This document shows positions 46,382 through 55,522 of a DNA stretch of 64,000 nucleotides, piece after piece. The DNA comes from Verrucomicrobiota bacterium. Its GTDB lineage: Bacteria > Verrucomicrobiota > Verrucomicrobiia > Verrucomicrobiales > Akkermansiaceae. A program made the position numbers and the translations under genes. The stretch spans positions 1,732 through 65,731 of the forward strand of contig JBEGUC010000003.1 of NCBI GenBank assembly GCA_041179105.1, read 5' to 3'. Position 1 is the first letter of the stretch; every line of letters begins with the position of its first letter. The notes under the pieces were generated by a model. That model was not told the DNA's origin, made no database searches, and saw only the letters and a list, made by a program, of their open reading frames with translations.

Positions 46382-46926
46382 TGCTGCATGGTTCCAGAGT
46401 AAGTAATTTGTTCCCTTTTGGGACCGGTGAGAGTCATCCGAAGAATCCCGTTTTCTATTCCAAACGAGACGTTTGTCGGAGCTTTGCTGATCGCCCACTG
46501 GGGATCTCCCAGCACTCCGCTGGTGGGGACGACGTAATAATAAAGTCCGTTCCGACCACCACGATTTTCAAACGACATGATGGTCTTTCGATTCGTGCCA
46601 TCCACTTGCCGAAAAACTAGCGCGACCACCCTCGGTAACGGTGTCAGCGATGAATCACCCATCCTAGATTTTTTCTCCGAAAACGCATCATCGACGGTAT
46701 CATAAAGGCCAAAGCGGTCGGCTTTTCCTATCAATCGGCTCACGTTCATACTGATGATCGGAGCCTCGTCGGTGAGAAAATTCTGGCTTTTATAGAGTTT
46801 AAGAAACGCAAGCTGTTGGTTAAACAGGGCCATCAGCATGCTACCTGTTGCCAAACCCAGCATCATGGCGATGGATAATTCAATCAGGGTAAATCCTCGG
46901 CGCAGGTGTGAATAAGGGGATTTCAT
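46378..46926 (-). CDS. Prepilin-type N-terminal cleavage/methylation protein (PilW/GspJ-like)
   Basis: LRRG|FTLIELSIAM class III signal; ATGA overlaps at both ends. Confidence 0.85.
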   Translation of the reverse strand: MKSPYSHLRRGFTLIELSIAMMLGLATGSMLMALFNQQLAFLKLYKSQNFLTDEAPIISMNVSRLIGKADRFGLYDTVDDAFSEKKSRMGDSSLTPLPRVVALVFRQVDGTNRKTIMSFENRGGRNGLYYYVVPTSGVLGDPQWAISKAPTNVSFGIENGILRMTLTGPKREQITYSGTMQQ

Positions 46927-47468
46927 TGGGAGCGGAGGACAGTTCGGGATTTCGCGTAGGTTTTGGTACCAATTTTGTAGGTCAGTACGCTTTGGGCTTT
47001 CCATACTTTCATAGCGGCTGGATTGGTTTCCAAGGTGCCGGTGCCGCCGTCATCCGGATAGTTCCCCGCGTCAGCCTCACGGAAGCGTGTCAAAGTGCCA
47101 GTGATCGGGACACCGCCCGGGAGGCTCCCAATTGGCACGTTCGAAATCGTGCTAGTTTCTGGAAAGACAGGCCAGCAAGGAATATCACTTGGTGTAAGAT
47201 TGGAATTACCCGTGGCAGCCAGCAAGCTTTCGAAAGGAACTCGCTCGGCCAAGGATCGCTCGTAACTCATGTAAGCGTCCGTCACCGTTTGGCGGAGCAT
47301 CCATTGGCGCGGTGCGAGGATGTTAAGCGAGAGCTTGAGCAGGACGAGTCCCAGCACGGTGAGGATGGAAAGCGAGATCATCGCCTCTATCAAAACAAAG
47401 CCGCCGCGGAGTGATCGCGGCTTGCAGAGCGGGCGAAATATCCTGAAACTCGCGCCATGGGCAGGCAT
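46923..47468 (-). CDS. Prepilin-type protein (PilV/GspI-like)
   Basis: LRGG|FVLIEAMISL class III signal; start uncertain (ATG at 47468 overlaps the divergent gene by 12 bp). Confidence 0.75.
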   Translation of the reverse strand: MPAHGASFRIFRPLCKPRSLRGGFVLIEAMISLSILTVLGLVLLKLSLNILAPRQWMLRQTVTDAYMSYERSLAERVPFESLLAATGNSNLTPSDIPCWPVFPETSTISNVPIGSLPGGVPITGTLTRFREADAGNYPDDGGTGTLETNPAAMKVWKAQSVLTYKIGTKTYAKSRTVLRSQ

Positions 47469-48050
47469 TTCCGCAGTTGGATATTTGGCAGCATTCTCTT
47501 GCTGGCCGCCGGACAAGCGCTGGCGCAAGCCTTGCTGGAGCCTCCTTACGGCCTGCGCTGGGGCGACTCTCCGGAAAAATTGATTGCTTGGGCATCCCGA
47601 CATTTCTTGAGTGTTACAATTTCTTTGCCCGGAGATCAACCCGCAATACGCATCGTCAGAATTGAGCCGAAAAAGGGCTTCTTGCCGGAAACCCAAGCGG
47701 GCGCGGTGGAGGGGCGCTTCCTCACCGGCAAGCTTTACGAGCTGACCGTCCACTACTTCGATCCTGATGCCTCTGCCGACCTCATGCAGACTCGCTTCGA
47801 TGCCTTGCGCAAGCAAATCGCCTTGGAGCACGGCGCGTTGCTGACCAACCAACAGCAAAGGAAGGTGGCGGACCAGTTCGTGACTCGGACTCAATCGTTT
47901 CATCGGGAGCCGGTGAAGGGCTTGTTCCTCCTGTTGGCTTTCACCGAGCTGGAGGATTTATTGCGGAAATCTAAGGAGGCGAGGTTTTCCCTGATCTATC
48001 GAAATGATAATTTCAGAAACGAGTTGCTGAATGCGCTGAAGGCACCGTAA
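47457..48050 (+). CDS. Hypothetical secreted protein
   Basis: Signal peptide ending ALA|Q; PYGLRWG motif; host-like codon usage. Confidence 0.7.
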   Translation: MGRHFRSWIFGSILLLAAGQALAQALLEPPYGLRWGDSPEKLIAWASRHFLSVTISLPGDQPAIRIVRIEPKKGFLPETQAGAVEGRFLTGKLYELTVHYFDPDASADLMQTRFDALRKQIALEHGALLTNQQQRKVADQFVTRTQSFHREPVKGLFLLLAFTELEDLLRKSKEARFSLIYRNDNFRNELLNALKAP

Positions 48051-48051
48051 C

Positions 48052-49107
48052 TCACTCGATAGTGGTCACGGTACTATTTACATTGATCGTTTTGTCCAAA
48101 TCGAAACTTAGAACAGCGGGGCTTCCCGATGGAGTTTGTAAACGCTCAGGACCGAAAGGAGTGACTGTATTGAGTTCTATCGTCCAACGGCCGTCGCTGG
48201 TAAAAACGCTGCCGTAATCGGTAATCGATAACGATTTTTCAGTAGTTGAGGGATCAACAATGAACTGTGATGCCGCAATTTTTGTTCCTTCGGTGCCCAG
48301 CACTGGATCTCCTTTGTAAACTTGAGCATAGATGGCTGATTTTGGATACAAGTCATTGAATGTCAATGTTAATGGTGGTAGATTGGACTTAATCACGTCG
48401 TTATTCGAAATTCCAGAAATGGTCGCATCGGCGATTGGCAAAATCTCAATATATTGCGAAGCGAGTTGCATCTCCGGGGCCTGATAGTCAGCGAGCGAAA
48501 ACACCGAAAATCTCTCTTCCCCCTTAACTTTTGAGCGGTCCGCGCCGGGAACTGAAGTATAGGCAAAAGTAAGTTTTTGTTGCCCGTTGCTACTGATAGC
48601 AGATTGGCTGATCAATATCGCTTGAGTCCGATCGATTCCGATTGCGCTACCTCCAACACCGTAGGATTGCGCATGGTGAAGCAACTTCACGCTTTTAGAA
48701 GCCGCAGGATCTGTTAATCCAGTTCTCAATCCACTGATTGTGACGTCAACATAAAAAGGGATATCTACCCGAGTCCTCGGAATTACACCAGTCATATCTT
48801 CTGAACGGATGGAAATCGTCGCAACCGGAACATAGGTACCAACGTAACTCGTATCGAGCAGATAAGATGTAAGACCGGATAGTGAGGATGATTTGATGGT
48901 ATGTAGGTCTAAGCGAGCCCCACCTTCTTGGATCGCAAGGTTTGAAAACTGGCTGCCGTTTGGAGGCACCTCAGATGAGGCGTCCCAGGAAAGGCCGGAA
49001 GGCATCTGGTACTGTCGAATGTAGTTGCTGTAGCTAATAGTTTCGAGCGCGGAACCAAGTTCGGACGAGAGAGATGAGAAGAGAAGGCTATATACGAGTG
49101 TTTTCAT
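48052..49107 (-). CDS. Hypothetical secreted beta-rich protein (AT-rich gene)
   Basis: 351-aa ORF, N-terminal signal-like segment, Ser/Thr-rich; ATGA overlap with the upstream gene. Confidence 0.75.
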   Translation of the reverse strand: MKTLVYSLLFSSLSSELGSALETISYSNYIRQYQMPSGLSWDASSEVPPNGSQFSNLAIQEGGARLDLHTIKSSSLSGLTSYLLDTSYVGTYVPVATISIRSEDMTGVIPRTRVDIPFYVDVTISGLRTGLTDPAASKSVKLLHHAQSYGVGGSAIGIDRTQAILISQSAISSNGQQKLTFAYTSVPGADRSKVKGEERFSVFSLADYQAPEMQLASQYIEILPIADATISGISNNDVIKSNLPPLTLTFNDLYPKSAIYAQVYKGDPVLGTEGTKIAASQFIVDPSTTEKSLSITDYGSVFTSDGRWTIELNTVTPFGPERLQTPSGSPAVLSFDLDKTINVNSTVTTIE

Positions 49108-49652
49108 AATTTTGGATTTTGGGTGGTTTTCTCAGGAGAAACTTTAAGCGGAAGAACGGAAATCGGCCCTGATTGATAAGTGGCCACGATTAGATTTCCA
49201 GATTTGACCATTTGTTGTTGAGTTCCTTCGGGAATCGGACTGTTTCCTTCAGCCTGAATCCGTGAAACTTCCACAGTGGTAATCCAGCCTCGGTTGAGCG
49301 CGTAAAAATTTGCCCAGCTCATCAATTTTGCTCCTTTTTGATATTTGAATCGATCTTCTAAATTTTTGGGGATTTGCAGAATTGCCCTTTTGGGCACTAA
49401 AGTCACAGCACCATTGAAGCAAATCACATCAGACTCGCTGATCAAGTCTTTGGGCTGATTGACAAGCGAAGGATCTGGACCTTTTGCCAGAGATAGCTTA
49501 CGCATCAGATTTTCCAACGAGGCTTGGCGAGATTTTATTGCAAGTTCCTCCCTCGTGATGGTATCACGCATAGGGCGATTATCTTTCGATTCTGCCCATA
49601 AGTGTATGGTGCTGATGGAGGTGACGAAAGAAATCAAAATGAAAGATTTCAT
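49104..49652 (-). CDS. Hypothetical secreted protein (AT-rich gene)
   Basis: Signal peptide; TLVPK.AIL..P, W..FY..N.GWI motif. Confidence 0.75.
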   Translation of the reverse strand: MKSFILISFVTSISTIHLWAESKDNRPMRDTITREELAIKSRQASLENLMRKLSLAKGPDPSLVNQPKDLISESDVICFNGAVTLVPKRAILQIPKNLEDRFKYQKGAKLMSWANFYALNRGWITTVEVSRIQAEGNSPIPEGTQQQMVKSGNLIVATYQSGPISVLPLKVSPEKTTQNPKL

Positions 49653-49669
49653 GGCTAAAAAGTATTTAT

Positions 49670-50536
49670 TTACTTGATTTCGTCATCAATTCCAGCGGAA
49701 GGATCAACCATGCCATTGGGGCCGCCATGGCCATTGCCTGGGTTCGATGAATCTACGCCATCCAAGTTATTTCCATGGCCATTGTTAGGGTGTCTTGTAG
49801 AAAAAGTTACAAGAAGGACCATATCTTGATAGTCGAAACATGAAAAATCTCGGTTCGTTTGACCCAACTCCATCAAAACGATCGCACTCAGGGCACCGAT
49901 CTTAATTTTGCCGGTAGAATCTATGTAAGGTCTCAAGTGGCTTGCCAGATTCGATGTTTGGTAAAGCGGTAAGCTGGTGGGGATTGTGTCTCCATTAACC
50001 AATGTTACGACTTGGAAATTCGTGCTTTTGGTAGTAAATAATGAACTCCAAGTTCCATCTTTTTTCACATAACGTCCAGAAAAATTAAGATAGGCTCCAA
50101 CACCTAATTTTTTGATGTAAAGCGAATAAGCCGAATTAACGTCAGCTTGGACGCCGTAAAAAAGCTGTGAATAACTGGCGCCATTGACACTCATTCGCGC
50201 ATCCACTTTGAGAGGTGTGGTCCCTTGGGAGGCATCGCATGCAGTGATTCCAGTTCCGATGGGTTGGACGGATACATAGGTATTTTTTTTGGTAATGGTG
50301 ATCGTGCCCGGAGGCGTGATCGTCGCCAAGTCACTCACCACACTCGGATAAAGAATATTCCAAGTGAGAGTGGGTTTTGTGCCGGTTTGAACGATCGTCG
50401 GAAAAGCACTCAACGTTCCTATTGGAGCGGGTGGTATCATTGCGGGGGCCGCAAGGGCAGGTGCTGGTACAAGAGTACCCACAATCATTGATATTGTAGA
50501 GACTGCCGAGAAGGTAGCGAGTTGTTTAGTTTTCAT
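49670..50536 (-). CDS. Secreted protein with DUF4114-like motif and NNGHGNN tail
   Basis: Signal peptide ending ALA; MELG.......DYQDMVLLV; C-terminal NNGHGNNLDGVDSSNPG. Confidence 0.7.
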   Translation of the reverse strand: MKTKQLATFSAVSTISMIVGTLVPAPALAAPAMIPPAPIGTLSAFPTIVQTGTKPTLTWNILYPSVVSDLATITPPGTITITKKNTYVSVQPIGTGITACDASQGTTPLKVDARMSVNGASYSQLFYGVQADVNSAYSLYIKKLGVGAYLNFSGRYVKKDGTWSSLFTTKSTNFQVVTLVNGDTIPTSLPLYQTSNLASHLRPYIDSTGKIKIGALSAIVLMELGQTNRDFSCFDYQDMVLLVTFSTRHPNNGHGNNLDGVDSSNPGNGHGGPNGMVDPSAGIDDEIK

Positions 50537-50766
50537 AGCGGTTTTTGGTTTTGGGTTTAAGGAAATTTTTTAAAAATCGTTCGTTCTGAGCGCATGCTAT
50601 TTAAATGATTTTACACAATAAAAATTTAAATCATGATATTGATTGTTATTAGCTTGAGGCTAATAATTGTTAGCAATTCATTTAAAATGATGTAATTAAA
50701 ATTGAAACGGCACGTGATATTTTCTGATTTCAGGATTAGATCGAACTCAATGATTTGTTATAATAG

Positions 50767-51564
50767 TTATTTTGAGCGGTCCACGAATACAGGCTTGCGA
50801 GACCAGTTTTTCCAAGGACCGTTCGGCACTTCTTGATCGTCTGCGAAGCGCCACTCGACGGTGGCTCCGCTGCGGAGTTTCAGGAAGTCTCGGACGGCGG
50901 GGCTCAGATCGATGCCCGCCGCGTGATTGCGGTTCGTTCGGGCCGACTCCTTGCCGAAAACGTATTGCCAGTGATCAACCTCGAACGGACCGACATCCTC
51001 CCACTGTGCGAAGCAAACTTTTCCCTCGTGGTGAATGGCAACCCAGCGGCCTTTGCAAACTGAAATCCCGTCGCCACGGTAGCTTTCCCAGAACCAAGGA
51101 ATCACTTGGGACGCCTCGGGCCGATGCACACCACCTTTGTCCACATCATTGTAAGGAAGGGCGACGTAAAACGGATTGAGCGCTGGGATGAACCCCGCAG
51201 GAAGATAGCCTTCGCGGCGGTCTGGCTGGTCATATCCGCCGAAATTCGCCTGCCAGTTCTGATCCCACGCACTCATTGTGTTGGGAGTTGGGTTGTTCTC
51301 CGTTGGCAGCTCGCCAACCCAGAAGACGGTGGCAACCACATTGCGCTTCCACGAGGACGCGGTCCGGAAATGATCCTGCGACTGCTCCGCCACCACACGC
51401 GCCGCTGCCGGCACGCCAAACGGATCGCTCAACAAAGGCAGAACCACGCGGCGGTTTTCGAGAAAGCCTTCATGGACATTCGACAAGCGGTCCGACAAGC
51501 TTGCCCCGGCGGACCCAATCAGGCTAGCGCTGGCAATTCCGGCTGTGGTCCACAGGTTTTTCAT
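50767..51564 (-). CDS. Secreted protein with RlpA/double-psi beta-barrel-like motifs
   Basis: Signal peptide; ATVFW, YVALP, AQWEDVGP, GIDLSPAV resemble the DPBB D.GP...IDLS signature. Confidence 0.55.
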   Translation of the reverse strand: MKNLWTTAGIASASLIGSAGASLSDRLSNVHEGFLENRRVVLPLLSDPFGVPAAARVVAEQSQDHFRTASSWKRNVVATVFWVGELPTENNPTPNTMSAWDQNWQANFGGYDQPDRREGYLPAGFIPALNPFYVALPYNDVDKGGVHRPEASQVIPWFWESYRGDGISVCKGRWVAIHHEGKVCFAQWEDVGPFEVDHWQYVFGKESARTNRNHAAGIDLSPAVRDFLKLRSGATVEWRFADDQEVPNGPWKNWSRKPVFVDRSK

Positions 51565-51760
51565 CTCTTCTGAAGGATAAACTAAAGCTCTTGATGATTT
51601 GAAACTGCCTACACCATAAAAATTTTATGAACCTTGACAAGGAAAAGCTTTGCCGATTTTTGAACGATTGACAAACTAAGCGAAATGTAGTGCCAGAGCC
51701 GACCTCCAAATGATGTGAATTATTTAATATCAGATCCTTAATATCTTGAGTGTTAAAGAT

Positions 51761-51890
51761 AGTCTGAAGGGGCGACCCAGTCCGTCCGCCGCCACCCGAT
51801 GGCCCGCCCTTTCAGGACTCAATGGAAACGGAATCCAAAACCCAGGGCGATGCCCTGGGCTGGTATGGGTCGCGCCGTTGGTGCTGAAGA
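51761..51890. repeat. REP-like composite palindromic element
   Basis: ctgaaggggcg (51764) pairs with cgccctttcag (51805); cccagggc-gat-gccctggg hairpin at 51841-51859; GC-rich island in an AT-rich intergenic region. Confidence 0.7.
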
Positions 51891-51942
51891 CTCGGAGCGC
51901 GTCCATCGCCAGCCACACCTTGCCAACTCAAATCGCCGGAGA

Positions 51943-51982
51943 TAACTATTCAGGTGTGAAATCGACTGGGTGGCCAGCGAAG
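51943..51982 (+). repeat. Dispersed direct repeat, copy 2
   Basis: Matches 42390-42429. Confidence 0.9.
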
Positions 51983-52077
51983 GCGGATTTGACCTGATTC
52001 CATCAGGTTCATGCAGGCCGTTTGCGTTCGGTGTTTTTGGGTCGCTGGGATTTGCTATCAACATTCTCAGCCCCGCT

Positions 52078-52106
52078 TTGACAAGCCACGGGCCGGAGGC
52101 TATCCC
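52078..52106 (+). promoter_or_regulatory. Putative sigma70 promoter of asnS (leaderless geometry)
   Basis: TTGACA-N17-TATCCC-N6-ATG. Confidence 0.55.
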
Positions 52107-52112
52107 AAGCGC

Positions 52113-53474
<1,362 letters not shown>

Positions 53475-53480
53475 CAGAAC

Positions 53481-54449
53481 ATGATTCTCATCGAACAAAA
53501 GCCGCTCATCTCTCGCTACCGCCTCAAGGCGCGTGGCTTTCTGAATTCCATTTCCAACAGAAGCAGCTTCGAAGGCGCGCTGATTCAGATCGACGGCGGC
53601 TACGGCTGCATTCATCCGTGGCCCGAGCTGGGAGATCCCACGCTGGAAAAATGCCTCGTCGATCTGGCCGGAGCCCGCCGCTGGCCCATCGTCCGCCGCG
53701 CGATCCGCTGCGCGGAATACGACCGCGAGGCACGCGCGTTTGAGAACTCGTTGTTCGAGGAAATGGAAGTGCCCGTGAGCCACGCCACGCTCGCCAAGGC
53801 GGACGCTGCGGAAGTGGCGCGCGCCGTGGAGGCGGGATTCACCACGGTGAAACTCAAGGCCGGCCGCGATCTATCCGCAGAGATGAAATTCCTCGAAGCG
53901 ATGGCGCTCGAATTTCCGGCGCTCCAGTGGCGGCTAGATTTCAACGAAGCGCTGAGCTCCGAACAAGCCGCCGAATTCCTGCTAGCGCTCAGCGAGAAAA
54001 CCCGCGGCACCATCGATTTTGTGGAAGACCCCTGCCCGTTTTCCGAAGCCTCTTGGGCCGAGCTGCGCCGCAAGACCCGCGTCAAACTCGCGGTGGACCG
54101 CGAGGCCACGCCTCTGTCCGCTGCCGCGCAGATCATGGTGATCAAGCCGGCGGTGGACGAGCCGTTTCTGCTAGGCGAGGCCGCCATCGCCCACAGCCAG
54201 CGCGTGGTGATGACCAGCTACATGGACCACCCGGTCGGGCAGGCCTTCGCCGCATGGGAAGCCGCTCGGCTCGAGCTGCAATTCCCTGGCTTGGTCGGCA
54301 TGTGCGGATTGCAAACGCACCATCTTTTCGAACCGAATGAATTCGCCGAAGCGCTCGGCCCATGGTCGCCTGCATTCAAGGTGCCCGACGGCCTCGGCTT
54401 GGGCTTCGACGATCTTCTCGCCGCCCAGCCATGGACGCGTCTTTACTAA
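53481..54449 (+). CDS. menC: o-Succinylbenzoate synthase-like enolase superfamily protein
   Basis: HPWPELGD, GF..VKLK, RLDFN, FVEDP, A.D.E, IKP; adjacent to a MenE-like gene. Confidence 0.75.
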   Translation: MILIEQKPLISRYRLKARGFLNSISNRSSFEGALIQIDGGYGCIHPWPELGDPTLEKCLVDLAGARRWPIVRRAIRCAEYDREARAFENSLFEEMEVPVSHATLAKADAAEVARAVEAGFTTVKLKAGRDLSAEMKFLEAMALEFPALQWRLDFNEALSSEQAAEFLLALSEKTRGTIDFVEDPCPFSEASWAELRRKTRVKLAVDREATPLSAAAQIMVIKPAVDEPFLLGEAAIAHSQRVVMTSYMDHPVGQAFAAWEAARLELQFPGLVGMCGLQTHHLFEPNEFAEALGPWSPAFKVPDGLGLGFDDLLAAQPWTRLY

Positions 54450-55522
54450 CCAGTGCCGCCTTCTGGGACGACCCGACACCCGCGTTGCCCGGAATCCCCG
54501 AGCTCGCCGGGCACGTGCTTTTCGAAACATCTGGCAGCACCGGCGATCCGAAGTGGGTCGCGATTTCGAAACAAGCCTTGCTCGTTTCCGCCGCGGCGGT
54601 GAACCGGCATTTGGGCGTCACCGAAAAATCCTGTTGGGGACTCGCCTTGCCGCTGCACCACGTCGGCGGCTTCGGCGTGGCCGCCCGCGCGTATGAGGCA
54701 GGCTGCGGATTCCAGAACTTCGGTCGGTCGTGGGAGGCCGCCGCGTTTCGCGAGTGGCTTGCACTCCACCCAATCACCCACACCTCGCTGGTGCCCACGC
54801 AGGTTCACGATCTCGTCAAAGCTGAACTAACCGTCCCCGCATCACTCGTTGCAATCGTCGTAGGCGGCGGGCATCTCGATGCTTCCACCGGACAAGCCGC
54901 CCGCGACCTCGGCTGGCCGGTGCTCGCGAGCTACGGGATGACCGAAGCCGCATCGCAAATCGCCACCCAGGAACCCGGCCAATTGAAAGCGATCTATCAA
55001 CCCGCGCCGATTCCTTTACTTCCTATTTGGGATGCTAGGGTTTCCTCCGAAAGTATCCTCTCCATTGCCGGGGCCGCGCTATTTTCAGGCTACGTTTCCG
55101 GTGGGAAATTCACTCCGCGCAAAACTGATTGGCACACGACCTCGGACCGGGTGATTCTTGAAAATAAGACGATCACCCCGCTTGGTCGGGCGGATACGCT
55201 CGTCAAAATCCTCGGTGAACTCGTCGATCCGGAGGCCGTCGAGCGCGAGCTCGTTACGATTTCCGAAGGGCGGCTCACCCGCGACACTTTCGCCATCATC
55301 GCCATCCCGGACGAGCGGGTCGGCAGCTTACTTGTCCCAGTCTTTGAATCCTCCGTGAACTCCGAAGTCACGGAAGCCGCTCTATCAATTTACCAAAACC
55401 AAGCGCCCGGTTTCCGGAGATTGGGGCCTTTAGCGGTTGTAAAGAAACTGCCTCGCAGCGAACTCGGCAAGCTGCGACGGAACGAGCTGGTGGCTATTTA
55501 TCTAAATCAAATCGCTCGCTGA
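54431..55522 (+). CDS. menE: o-Succinylbenzoate--CoA ligase-like AMP-binding protein (short form)
   Basis: TSGSTG.PK, LPLHHVGG, SLVPTQ, VGGG, SYGMTE.ASQ, T.D, GRAD...K..GE, LPR...GK. Confidence 0.8.
   Translation: MDASLLTSAAFWDDPTPALPGIPELAGHVLFETSGSTGDPKWVAISKQALLVSAAAVNRHLGVTEKSCWGLALPLHHVGGFGVAARAYEAGCGFQNFGRSWEAAAFREWLALHPITHTSLVPTQVHDLVKAELTVPASLVAIVVGGGHLDASTGQAARDLGWPVLASYGMTEAASQIATQEPGQLKAIYQPAPIPLLPIWDARVSSESILSIAGAALFSGYVSGGKFTPRKTDWHTTSDRVILENKTITPLGRADTLVKILGELVDPEAVERELVTISEGRLTRDTFAIIAIPDERVGSLLVPVFESSVNSEVTEAALSIYQNQAPGFRRLGPLAVVKKLPRSELGKLRRNELVAIYLNQIAR

Noticed and set aside
47469-47903. Long N-terminal extension of the PilV-like ORF (326 aa in the track)
   Set aside because: It is antisense to the 47457-48050 gene, and class III signal peptides have short leaders
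50708-50725. Sigma54 promoter (GGCACG)
   Set aside because: No TTGC at -12 and it faces away from the neighbouring minus-strand genes
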